A model generated the notes under the pieces. That model had not been told where the DNA came from. It worked only from the letters and a program-made list of their open reading frames with translations, and searched no databases. A stretch of 64,000 nucleotides of DNA, from assembly GCF_964242245.1 (NCBI RefSeq), contig NZ_CAXTBY010000003.1, forward strand, positions 31,294-95,293, written 5' to 3'. Positions 30,344-38,994 of the stretch are shown piece after piece. The stretch comes from an uncultured Methylobacterium sp. (GTDB lineage Bacteria > Pseudomonadota > Alphaproteobacteria > Rhizobiales > Beijerinckiaceae). The stretch's first letter is position 1, and each line of letters begins with the position of its first letter. Both the position numbers and the translations under genes were made by a program.

Positions 30344-31798
30344 TCAGGTCCCGCGATCCGGGAGGTCCGCCGGCAGACCGATCACCACGCGCAGGCCCGG
30401 CGCATTGTCCTCCAGGGTGAGGCTGCCCTGGTGAAGGCGGACCACCGCGCTGACGAGGCTCAGCCCGAGGCCGAAGCCCGGCCGCGAGCGGGCCTCTTCC
30501 AGCCGCACGAAGCGGTCGAGCACGCGCCCGCGCTCGGCCTCCGGGATGCCCGGGCCGTGGTCGGCCACGGTGAGCACGATGTTCGAGCCTGCGCGCGCTG
30601 CCGCCACCGCGATCCCGCCGCCCGGCGGCTCGGCGGGCGCGTACTTGATGGCGTTGTCGATCAGGTTGGCCAGCGCCTGCCCGATCAGCTCGCGGTTGCC
30701 GTCGAGAACGAGGCCGTCCGGCGCGGAGACGGCGAGGTGCAGGCCGCGCGCCTCCGCCAGCGCCTCGTAGAGCTCGCCGACGCCGCGGACCGCCGGCCCA
30801 AGATCGAAGGGCGCCCGGCTCTCGCGGGCGCCGGCTTCCAGCCGCGCGATCATCAGGAGGGCGTTGAACACCCGGATCAGGCCGTCGCTGTCGTCGATCA
30901 CGCCCTCCAGGGCGCCGCGCAGGGCGTCCGGCGCGCCGTCCGCGCGCAGGGCCGCGTCGGCGCGGTTGCGCAGGCGAGTCAGCGGCGTCTTCAGGTCGTG
31001 GGCGATGTTGTCGGAGACCTCGCGCAGGCCGCGCATCAGCTCGCCGATCCGCTCCAGCATCAGGTTGAGGCTCTCCGCCAAGCGGTCGAGTTCGTCGCCG
31101 TTGCCGGCGACGGGGAGCCGGCCGTCGAGGTCGCCCGCCATGATCGTGCGGGCGGTGCCGGTCATCGCGTCGACCCGCTTGAGGACGCGGCCGGCCACGA
31201 CCCAGCCGCCGACGACGCCGAGCAGCACGACGAGGGCGAGCGAGGCGCCGAAGGTCCGGCCGATCACCCCGCGCAGGCGGTCGCGCTCCTCGACATCGCG
31301 TCCGACCAGCAGCCGGAACCCGCCCGGCAGGGTGAAGATCCGCGCGATCGCGCGGCGGTCCCCGCCGTCGTCGGTCTCGCGGCTGCGGCCGTAGACGGTC
31401 TCGGCCAAGCCCGGCAGGGCCAGCAAAGCCGCCGGCACGTCGCCGACGTTGCCGACCACGTGCTCGCCGCCCGCCGTCGTCACGAGGTAGAGCGAGGCGC
31501 CGGGCTCGCGGGCGCGCCGCTCCACCGCCGCGATCAGCCGGCGCAGGCCGCCGGCATTGTACTGCTCGGCCAACCCGTTGATCTCGGCATCGATCGTCGA
31601 GACGATCTGATCGTCGAGCACCCGGCGGGCACTCCAGGCGATGGTGCCGAGCGCGACCACGGCGCAGGCGGAAAAGACCGCGAGGTAGGCGATCGACAGC
31701 TTGAACGCCGTGGTCCGGAACAGCTTCTGCAGCTTGGAGAGCGGGCTCTCGGACGCCGACGGGGGTGGGGTCACGGTAACCGGATATGCGCGCATCAC
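30344..31798 (-). CDS. HAMP-domain sensor histidine kinase
   Basis: Two TM segments, H-box SDNIAHDLKTPLTRL, N/G boxes NLIDNAIKYA and DHGPGIP. The start (GTG 31798 or ATG 31795) overlaps the response-regulator stop. Confidence 0.85.
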   Translation of the reverse strand: MMRAYPVTVTPPPSASESPLSKLQKLFRTTAFKLSIAYLAVFSACAVVALGTIAWSARRVLDDQIVSTIDAEINGLAEQYNAGGLRRLIAAVERRAREPGASLYLVTTAGGEHVVGNVGDVPAALLALPGLAETVYGRSRETDDGGDRRAIARIFTLPGGFRLLVGRDVEERDRLRGVIGRTFGASLALVVLLGVVGGWVVAGRVLKRVDAMTGTARTIMAGDLDGRLPVAGNGDELDRLAESLNLMLERIGELMRGLREVSDNIAHDLKTPLTRLRNRADAALRADGAPDALRGALEGVIDDSDGLIRVFNALLMIARLEAGARESRAPFDLGPAVRGVGELYEALAEARGLHLAVSAPDGLVLDGNRELIGQALANLIDNAIKYAPAEPPGGGIAVAAARAGSNIVLTVADHGPGIPEAERGRVLDRFVRLEEARSRPGFGLGLSLVSAVVRLHQGSLTLEDNAPGLRVVIGLPADLPDRGT

Positions 31799-32490
31799 GC
31801 CGAGCGGGGCTCGTCGGCGCGAACCATGTAGCCCGCGCCGCGGATCGTGTGGATCATCGGACGCTCGAAGCCCCGGTCGAGCTTGGCCCGCAGGCGCGAG
31901 ACGTGCACGTCGATGACGTTGGTCTGCGGATCGAAGTGGTAGTCCCAGACGTGCTCCAGCAGCATCGTGCGGGTGACGACCTGCCCCGCGTGCCGCATCA
32001 GGTACTCCAGCAGCCGGAACTCGCGCGGCTGGAGGGCGACCTCCCGGCCGGCCCGATGCACCCGGTGCGACAGCCGGTCGAGTTCGAGGTCGCCGACGCG
32101 GTAGGCGGTCGCCTCGGCGGCCTCGGGCGCCGTGCGGCGCCGGGCCAGCACCTCGGCGCGGGCGAGCAGCTCGGAGAAGGCGTAGGGCTTGGGCAGGTAA
32201 TCGTCGCCGCCGGCGCGAAGGCCCTTCACCCGGTCGTCGACCTGACCGAGCGCGGAGAGGATCAGCACCGGCGTCGCCACCGCCTGCGCGCGCAAGCTAC
32301 GGATCAGGGAGAGTCCGTCGAGCTTCGGCAGCATCCGGTCGACGATCAGCACGTCGTAGGCGCCCTCTCGGGCGAGCGCGTAGCCGTCGAGGCCGTCCGT
32401 CGCGTGGTCGGCGCGGTGTCCGGCCTCCCGGAACGCCTTGACGAGGTAGGCGACCGCCTCGGGATCGTCCTCGATGATCAGGAGCCGCAT
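31795..32490 (-). CDS. OmpR-family response regulator
   Basis: MRLLIIEDD, DVLIVDRMLPKLDG, and a winged-helix C-terminus (LEYLMRHAGQVVTR..IHTIRGAGYMV). ATG 32490 is preferred to the track start at 32550. Confidence 0.9.
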   Translation of the reverse strand: MRLLIIEDDPEAVAYLVKAFREAGHRADHATDGLDGYALAREGAYDVLIVDRMLPKLDGLSLIRSLRAQAVATPVLILSALGQVDDRVKGLRAGGDDYLPKPYAFSELLARAEVLARRRTAPEAAEATAYRVGDLELDRLSHRVHRAGREVALQPREFRLLEYLMRHAGQVVTRTMLLEHVWDYHFDPQTNVIDVHVSRLRAKLDRGFERPMIHTIRGAGYMVRADEPRSA

Positions 32491-32589
32491 GGATGGGGTG
32501 CATAGCGCGGAGCGGCGCGGCGGGAAACGGGTCTCGCCGACCACGGGCACGGGCGCCTCATCCGCCGGCGGTTGCAGGCGGCGCCCGAT

Positions 32590-32895
32590 TCACCCGCCGA
32601 TGACCCGCACCCGGTGCCACGCGGCGCTGAGACAGCCCTCGTCGCTCCAGGTGTTGTCGGGTGCGGCGGCCTGGGTCTGGCCGGCTGCGTCCCAGGCCCG
32701 CACCGCGAGTTCGTGCTCGCCGCGTGTGAGGTCGCGCTCGATCCGGGCCTGGGCCCAGGTGCGGCCGCCGTCGGCGGAGACGTCGACGCGGGCGACCGCG
32801 CGGTCGCCCGCGATGGCGTAGCCGCGGACCGGCTGCCGGCCCGCCTTCAGTGCGGCGGCGCGCGCGGGCTCGCAGATCGCGCCGTTGAGCGGCAT
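32590..32895 (-). CDS. stand-alone sulfite-oxidase-type Mo-co dimerisation (Ig-like) domain; possibly a gene remnant
   Basis: 101 aa from ATG 32895. VRGYAIAGDRAVARVDVSADGGRTWAQARIE..LAVRAWDAAGQTQ matches the C-terminal dimerisation domain of sulfite-oxidase-family enzymes. No catalytic Mo domain precedes it. Confidence 0.4.
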   Translation of the reverse strand: MPLNGAICEPARAAALKAGRQPVRGYAIAGDRAVARVDVSADGGRTWAQARIERDLTRGEHELAVRAWDAAGQTQAAAPDNTWSDEGCLSAAWHRVRVIGG

Positions 32896-32899
32896 CGCC

Positions 32900-33949
32900 T
32901 CAGCCCCCGATGATCCGCTCGCCGAGCTTCCGATCCACGGTCTGAACCGTACGGTCGATCTCGGCGTCGGGCTCACCGAGCTGATGCGAGATCAGCTTGA
33001 CCAACAGGTCGACCCGCTCGATGAAAGGCGCCCCGTTCGCCACCGCCCGGGCCGCCGACGAGGGTTTGAGGAGGCTCTCCGCAGCCTTGGCGTACTTCTC
33101 GAACGGCACCTGATCCTGTGGATCGGCGCCCAAACGCCGGGCGATGGTGTCGATGTGCTCGTAGATCGCGCGTGAACGTGCCAGATCGCCGTGGACCGCG
33201 TCGCGGATCGACTGCGGCTCGTGCAGCGTGATGCAGCGGTAATTCCCGGTCAGCAGCATCGACCATTTCGCCAGCGGGACGAAGAGCGACTCGAACACCT
33301 TCAGCTTCACCGGGACGTCCTGGCCGTCGAGCCGCACCGCGTCGATGTCCGCCTCCAGTTCCCGGAGCAGCCGGTTGTGCGTCTCGTCCGCGAACGGCGC
33401 CGCCTTGAAGTTCGTCGGCAACCCGACGTGGAGGATGTTCGCCCCTTCGTCCGCCGGGCGGAAGGCCTGCGGATCGGGTGAGCAGAGCGATATCAATCCC
33501 GGCTGAAACCGGTCCCAAACGCCAGCATTGGTGTAGGCATCCTCCAAGTCCATCTCCGCGAGCGCCGGGATTCGTTTGAGATACGGCAGGGGCGGCATGT
33601 TCATGATCGAGAGACACGGCAGCTTCGCCTCGGCGATCTTGATCATCAGGACGCGGATGGTGTGGTTGGTGTATTGCGGCTCCTGCATGGCGAGACCGAC
33701 CAGATCGTAGCGGTTCAGGTCGACGTCTTCGGGCGGCCTCGCGTCCAAGGTTCCAGGCAGATCGCGCGACTGGATCGACCGATGGACCGCTTCGTCGCGC
33801 AACTTGATGCGGACTTCGGTACCTTCACGATTGATGAGGTCTGCGGTCTTCTTGCGACAGACAAGGGTCACGTCGTGACCAGCCATCAGCAGCTTCGTCG
33901 CGAGCAAAGAGCCATATGAGGCTCCCAGGATCAGAATTTTGCGTGGCAT
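32900..33949 (-). CDS. ketopantoate-reductase (ApbA/PanE)-family NAD(P)-dependent oxidoreductase
   Basis: ATG 33949 with GAGAGGGAAG upstream. N-terminal Rossmann motif MPRKILILGASYGSLLATKLLMAGHDVTLV. The 5' part is AT-shifted. Confidence 0.65.
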   Translation of the reverse strand: MPRKILILGASYGSLLATKLLMAGHDVTLVCRKKTADLINREGTEVRIKLRDEAVHRSIQSRDLPGTLDARPPEDVDLNRYDLVGLAMQEPQYTNHTIRVLMIKIAEAKLPCLSIMNMPPLPYLKRIPALAEMDLEDAYTNAGVWDRFQPGLISLCSPDPQAFRPADEGANILHVGLPTNFKAAPFADETHNRLLRELEADIDAVRLDGQDVPVKLKVFESLFVPLAKWSMLLTGNYRCITLHEPQSIRDAVHGDLARSRAIYEHIDTIARRLGADPQDQVPFEKYAKAAESLLKPSSAARAVANGAPFIERVDLLVKLISHQLGEPDAEIDRTVQTVDRKLGERIIGG

Positions 33950-34235
33950 GCTTCCCTCTCGGTGATTATGTCGCTGATTTCTTGGAGCGCTGATACAAGT
34001 CGGTGTTGAATTTCTCCGATACGTTCGGATAGCAAATAACGAATCGGACAAGATTTTGCACTATGCGGCAATTCTTCTAAAAACGGAGTGTGTTTGTGCC
34101 TATCTCTAGGATCCGCAGCGAATGGAGATATTGCTAAGGCTTCGGTTTCATGACTTACAGCCGTCTTCGTGCCGTCGCGGGCGGCAGTGAAGCAGAGAAC
34201 ACTAGGCAAGCCAACAGTTTGGTTCGGTTCATACG

Positions 34236-34655
34236 CTAACGGAGCCCTTCCCGCGCCCTGAACGCCTTCCGCGCCTCCTGGACATCGTCGTAGTAGGTCT
34301 CCGCCCAGGTCCGGACGCCGCAGAGCGCCGCGCTCAGGCTCTCGCCGAGTCCGGTCAGGCGGTAATCGACGTGGGGTGGGATCACCGGGTGGACGGTCCG
34401 CATGACCAAGCCGTCGCATTCCATCTGACGCACGGTCTTGGTGAGCATCTCCTGGCTGATGCCGCCCACCACCTTGCCGAGCTGGGTGAAGCGCAGCGCG
34501 CCTTGCTGCTGCAACGCTTCCAGGATCAGCATCGTCCACTTGTCGGCCGCCTGTCCGATCACGTCCTGGACCAGGGCCTCGATCGCGGGATCGACCGCGC
34601 GCGGCACCGGGTCCGCGTGCCGCCTGTCGATCGCCGCTGCGCGCTTCATGATCAC
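34236..34655 (-). CDS. HxlR-family winged-helix transcriptional regulator
   Basis: DKWTMLILEALQQQGALRFTQLGKVVGGISQEMLTKTVRQMECDGLVMRTVHPVIPPHVDYRLT. Confidence 0.85.
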   Translation of the reverse strand: MIMKRAAAIDRRHADPVPRAVDPAIEALVQDVIGQAADKWTMLILEALQQQGALRFTQLGKVVGGISQEMLTKTVRQMECDGLVMRTVHPVIPPHVDYRLTGLGESLSAALCGVRTWAETYYDDVQEARKAFRAREGLR

Positions 34656-34664
34656 TCTCCGTCA

Positions 34665-34691
34665 GGTGCCTATAACACTTCATGGTGCCTA
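34665..34691 (-). promoter_or_regulatory. direct repeat GGTGCCTA x2 immediately upstream of hxlR (candidate operator)
   Basis: GGTGCCTA occurs at 34665-34672 and 34684-34691, 10-36 nt upstream of the hxlR start codon. The function is a guess. Confidence 0.2.
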
Positions 34692-34812
34692 CTTACCGAA
34701 TTGCAGGCAATCTCACACGCAGGTGGTCATATCGCGCGCGGAAGGTTGTACCGGACATTGTCCGGCCCGGTGGAACGCCGATCAAAGCCGTTGATCAATT
34801 TCGGGAAATTCG

Positions 34813-34880
34813 GTTGGAGTGGCAGGATCTGAACCTGCGACCCTCACGTCCCGAACGCCGGGGCGTACCGCCTGCGCCCT
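34813..34880 (-). other. tRNA 3'-half-like fragment (variable loop, T-arm, 3' acceptor strand); not a functional tRNA gene
   Basis: The minus strand reads ..GAGGGTC-GCAGG-TTCAGAT-CCTGC-CACTCCA-ACC, i.e. a canonical T-stem/T-loop (GGTTCAGATCC). No complementary 5' acceptor strand (TGGAGTG) or D-arm was found upstream. Confidence 0.45.
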
Positions 34881-34899
34881 CGCGATCGCTCAGGAATTC

Positions 34900-35023
34900 G
34901 TGCCGGCCGCCCGCTCGCGATCAGGCCGCCATCGGGATAGGCGAGCGCGGCAGTGATGGCGAGCCGCAGCGGGGTGGTTTCGGTAACCGCCGACCGGTCC
35001 GCGATGCGTGGCCTACGCGCCAT
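34900..35023 (-). pseudogene. truncated small island-associated DNA-binding protein
   Basis: ATG 35023: MARRPRIADRSAVTETTPLRLAITAALAYPDGGLIASG. This resembles (from memory) small proteins next to integrases in Rhizobiales (..AFPDGSMTASGLRREA..). Similarity ends where the tRNA-like fragment starts. Confidence 0.3.
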
Positions 35024-35050
35024 CGACGGCTCCGAATGCGCGATCCGTGA

Positions 35051-35766
35051 TTGCAAACCTGTTACTTCCCGCGCTTCTCCTGCGCCGCGATCCGGGCCAG
35101 CATGACCGAGCAGTGCGCGCAGAACTGCGCGCCGAGCCGGAGAGCGATCGTCGCCGCGCACGCGCTGGGCAGCCCGTCCCTGGCGCTCTGCTACGCCGTC
35201 CAGTTCGAGACGGCGCTCCGGCAGTGGGACGCCGCCGGGCAGTGGTATCCGCTTGCCGGTCCGGCGATCTGCCCGGTGGTCGACGGCTCGTCCAAGTGGG
35301 CGGGGCTCGAATGGCGCCACATCGGCCAAGACCTGCTGCTTGCGCGACCTGCCGTCCGCGACCTGCCGTCGAAGACGCGCGGGTCGACCAGCGCCGAGAT
35401 CCTGATCGACCTGTCCCTCTGCCCGATGGGGCTCGACGAAGTCGTGCAGATGCCGCCCGAGGCGCGCTCCGCGCTCATCGTGAACGAGCACACCGGGTTG
35501 CCCGACACCGACATGCAGTTCCGGCGCGCCTTGCGCCAAGTGCGGGCCGCGGCCGGCCGGCCGCGCGGGCTGTGGAGCCGGGACGTGCGCGCCCCGGCCA
35601 TCACCGAAGGGCGCCGCGGCGGGCCGTCAACGACGACGCGGCGAAGGTCGCCGGGCACATCAACAGCCGGATCACGGCTGAGGTCTACGACCGGCAGCGC
35701 CTGGAGGCCCGGCGGCGCTTCGCCACCGCGCGCCTCGATCGGTGCGGCGGCGCCGAGCCCGCCTGA
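35051..35766 (+). pseudogene. tyrosine integrase remnant (N-terminally truncated and frameshifted)
   Basis: Catalytic-domain-like LALCYAVQFETALRQWDAAGQW..WAGLEWRHI..SKTRG..LIVNEHTGLP..FRRALRQVRAAAG..RDVRAPAITEG in the frame of ORF 35051. The C-terminal DDAAKVAGHINSRITAEVYDRQRLEARRRF continues in the frame of ORF 35008. The frame switch is near 35620-35640. Confidence 0.6.
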
Positions 35767-35952
35767 ACGCTCCGGGAGCGTACCGAGGAAGGACCTCGGA
35801 ACGCGCGGCGCAAGCTCCTGCGTTGCCTATGGAAAAAGAACGGCCTGTTAACGAAGACTTAACGAAGATTGCCCGCGGCGCGGCGCGGCGTGATAGTGGG
35901 GCGTTCGCGTTGCGTAGGGCCCGGCGGGCTCGTGAGAGCGAGAGTTTCAGCC

Positions 35953-37161
35953 TTGCAATGGTTGCAGTCCGTGTTCGGATCTGACGGCTCTCCGGTCGTG
36001 CAGTACGTCAGCATCTTCGCCGTGATCTTCGCGGTGCTGACCGTGATCGTGCTGGCGGTGCGCCGCCTCGGTGGCGGCGGCCTCGCCCAGGCCGGCCGAG
36101 GCGGTCAGCGCGGGCGCCAGCCGCGACTCGGCATCGTCGACGTGTACGAGCTCGACCGGCAGCGCCAGCTCATCCTGCTGCGGCGCGACAACGTCGAGCA
36201 CCTGCTCCTCGTCGGCGGCCCGAACGACGTGGTGATCGAACGCCACATCCAGCGCGGCCAGCGCGACCCGGGCTTGCGGCCCGAGGCGATGGCCGAGCCC
36301 CGTCCCGACGCGATCCCGGGGGCATCCGACGCCGCGCTTCCCGGCCTGGAGGAGCAGCGGCCCGAGCCGTTCTTCCCGCCGAGCTTCGAGATGCCGGTGG
36401 TGCTGGGGCCGACCGCGCCGGGATCGAGCGCGGCTCCGCCGGTGACGCATCCCCTCGACGCGGCCGCCCTCGACCTCGCCGCCGCGACCGAGCGCGCCGA
36501 CGCGGTCGTGCCCGCTTCCCGTCCGGACCCCGCCGCGCGGCGGCCGCTGCGACGGACCGCGCCGCCGCTGCTCAGCCCGCATCCGGACGTGGCCTCCGAG
36601 CGCGAGCGCCCCGACGCGGCCCCGGCCGACCCGATTCCCGCGCTGCCGCCGGCCGAGCGCCGTGCGATCGACCCCGCGATCCTGGCGGACATGGCTCGCC
36701 AGCTCGAGGAGGCGCTCGCCCGTCCCGCCTCGGCGGTGACCCCGCCCCCCGCGGCGCGCCAAGCTCCCGCGACGGAAAGCCCCGCGGAGCACGCCGCGAC
36801 CGACCCGGTCGCCGACGCCACGGCCTCGACACCGGTCGAACCCGCGCCTCGGGACGGCGAGCCCGACGACGCGCTGTTCGAGGAGCCGCCGCAAGAACCC
36901 GAACCGTTCCTGCCCGATCCGCCCGAGCCGGCCGCTCCCGTGGCCGAGGCGCCTCCGCCCGTGCCGGAGCCTCCCCCTCACGTCGCACCGGCCGCGGATC
37001 CGGTTGCTCAGGCCGAGCCCCCGCGCGCGGAGCCGCCTTCGCAGCCGGAACCGCCGCCGTCAGCGCCTGCCCAGAAATCGTCCGCAAATCCGTTCTCGGT
37101 TGAGGAGATCGAGGCCGAGTTCGCCAGGCTCCTCGGTCGCCCCCTCGACAAGCGGAACTGA
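35953..37161 (+). CDS. FliO/MopB-like membrane protein with long Pro/Ala/Glu-rich tail
   Basis: Probable TTG start at 35953 (MQWLQSVFGSDGSPVVQYVSIFAVIFAVLTVIVLAV), then RLGIVDVYELDRQRQLILLRRDNVEHLLLVGGPNDVVIE, which is FliO-like. About 250 aa of low-complexity tail follow. The family call is from memory. Confidence 0.5.
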   Translation: MQWLQSVFGSDGSPVVQYVSIFAVIFAVLTVIVLAVRRLGGGGLAQAGRGGQRGRQPRLGIVDVYELDRQRQLILLRRDNVEHLLLVGGPNDVVIERHIQRGQRDPGLRPEAMAEPRPDAIPGASDAALPGLEEQRPEPFFPPSFEMPVVLGPTAPGSSAAPPVTHPLDAAALDLAAATERADAVVPASRPDPAARRPLRRTAPPLLSPHPDVASERERPDAAPADPIPALPPAERRAIDPAILADMARQLEEALARPASAVTPPPAARQAPATESPAEHAATDPVADATASTPVEPAPRDGEPDDALFEEPPQEPEPFLPDPPEPAAPVAEAPPPVPEPPPHVAPAADPVAQAEPPRAEPPSQPEPPPSAPAQKSSANPFSVEEIEAEFARLLGRPLDKRN

Positions 37162-37258
37162 CGGGTTCGGGTCTCTCGCGGGTTGAACGATCGCGGATGC
37201 CGCTTCGGATCGCGTGCGGATCCGTTCCTCCGAACCCGAGAGGACGGGTGGCCGGGTG

Positions 37259-38542
37259 TCACACCGGCTCGCGCAGCGTCTCCGGCATCAGCAGCACCGC
37301 CACGAAGCTGATCGCTGCGGCGATGGCAAGGTAGGCGCCGACCCATGCGATCCCGCCCCAGTCGACGAGGCGCTGGGCGAGGTAGGGGGCGCCCGAGGCG
37401 CCGATGATGCCGGCAAGGTTGTAGGTCACCGAGGCGCCGGTGTAGCGCACCCGGGTTGGAAACAGCTCCGGCAGCAGCGCCCCCATCGGCCCGAACAGCC
37501 AGCCCATCAGGAACAGGCCGAGGCAGAGGAAGCCCAGCACCAGGGGCGCCTGCCCGCTGCCGAGCATCGGCCCGAGGAGGAACCCGAGGAGGACGGTGAG
37601 GGCCGTCCCGAGCAGGATCACCGGTCGGCGCCCGAAGCGATCGGCGGCGGCCCCCGAAAGCGGGATGCCCGCGGCCATGAAGCAGACCGCGACGCACTCG
37701 AACAGCAGGAAGGTCGGGCGCGAAAAGCCCAGCGTCGCGGTGCCGTAGCCGAGCGCGAACACCGTCGAGAGGTAGAACGCCGCGTAGCAGGCCACCATCG
37801 AGAGCGTGCCGAGCAGCGTGGCGCGGCCATGCTGCGTCAGCATCGTCACGAACGGCACGCGCTCCGGCGCCTCGACGGCGAGGGCGGCCTTGAACAGCGG
37901 CGTCTCGGTGAGCCTCAGCCGGACGTAGAGCCCGACCCCCACAAGGGCGGCCGATGCGAGGAACGGCAGGCGCCAGCCCCAGCTCTGGAAGCTCTCGGGC
38001 GAGAGGCCGTAGCTCAGCGCCAGGAAGCCGAGATTGGCCAGGATGAACCCGACCGGCGCGCCGAGCTGCGGGAAGATGCCGTACCACGCCCGCCGCCCCG
38101 GCGGCGCGTTCTCGACGGCCAGCAGGGCTGCCCCGCCCCACTCGCCGCCGAAGCCGAGGCCCTGGCCGAAGCGCAGCGCGCAGAGCGCCGCGGGCGCCAG
38201 CCATCCGGCGGCGCTGTACGTCGGCAGGCAGCCGATCAGCACCGTCGAGACGCCCATGATCATCAGGGAGGCGACGAGCGTGCGCTTGCGCCCGATCCGG
38301 TCGCCGAAATGCCCGAACACGGCCGCCCCGATCGGCCGCGCGACGAAGGCGATGGCGAAGGTGGCGAACGCCGCCAGGAGCTGCACGCCCGGCTCGCCCG
38401 ACGGGAAGAACACCGGCCCGATCACCAGGGCGGCGGCGGTGGCGTAGATGTAGAAGTCGTAGAACTCGATCGCGGTGCCCACGAAGCTCGCCGTCAGGAT
38501 GCGGCGGGCCGAGAGCGCGGTCGGCGGTGCGGTCTGGAGCAT
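37259..38542 (-). CDS. MFS transporter (metabolite:H+ symporter family)
   Basis: ATG 38542; 12 predicted helices. Motifs FVGTAIEFYDFYIY and GHFGDRIGRKRTL. Confidence 0.85.
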   Translation of the reverse strand: MLQTAPPTALSARRILTASFVGTAIEFYDFYIYATAAALVIGPVFFPSGEPGVQLLAAFATFAIAFVARPIGAAVFGHFGDRIGRKRTLVASLMIMGVSTVLIGCLPTYSAAGWLAPAALCALRFGQGLGFGGEWGGAALLAVENAPPGRRAWYGIFPQLGAPVGFILANLGFLALSYGLSPESFQSWGWRLPFLASAALVGVGLYVRLRLTETPLFKAALAVEAPERVPFVTMLTQHGRATLLGTLSMVACYAAFYLSTVFALGYGTATLGFSRPTFLLFECVAVCFMAAGIPLSGAAADRFGRRPVILLGTALTVLLGFLLGPMLGSGQAPLVLGFLCLGLFLMGWLFGPMGALLPELFPTRVRYTGASVTYNLAGIIGASGAPYLAQRLVDWGGIAWVGAYLAIAAAISFVAVLLMPETLREPV

Positions 38543-38994
38543 GGGCCTGCAGGATCGTGCGCGTGCGGTGCGCCTCGGTAGTGCAGAGCAGGTCCTTTGC
38601 CCAGCGCGATGTTCGTGAGCACGGGGCGAGCCGGCGCGTTCCGCATGCGGCGGTCCATCCTGGGAGGCGGCGTTCCGGCCAGCCGGGCACGTTCGTTGCG
38701 CCGTCCATAATCCTGGACGCATGCGCACATTTTTTGTGCAATGCACGCGCCGATCTGCTTCCCAGTCGCGCTGTTCGGGCGGCCGGTGGACGCCGGGGCG
38801 CCGCCACGGCCTCGCCCGCCATGCCCAAGATATTGGCACGGAATCTGCTGAGGGACGGGTGCCCGTCAATGCCGACGGCACCGCCTCCGCCAGCAACGCC
38901 GCTGATGCGATCCGCTCCGTCTCGCTCCGTCCAGCGACCGGCGGGTTCCGTCGTCGTGCGGATCGGCGGATTTCGGTGTGTTCGTGATGTGAGG

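Noticed and set aside
34813-34880. Calling this a functional tRNA (or tmRNA or selC) gene
   Set aside because: Only the T-arm and 3' acceptor strand are present. No 5' acceptor complement, D-arm or anticodon stem-loop could be folded from the upstream sequence. The 3' end does not fit tmRNA (Ala identity) or the tRNA-Sec pattern.
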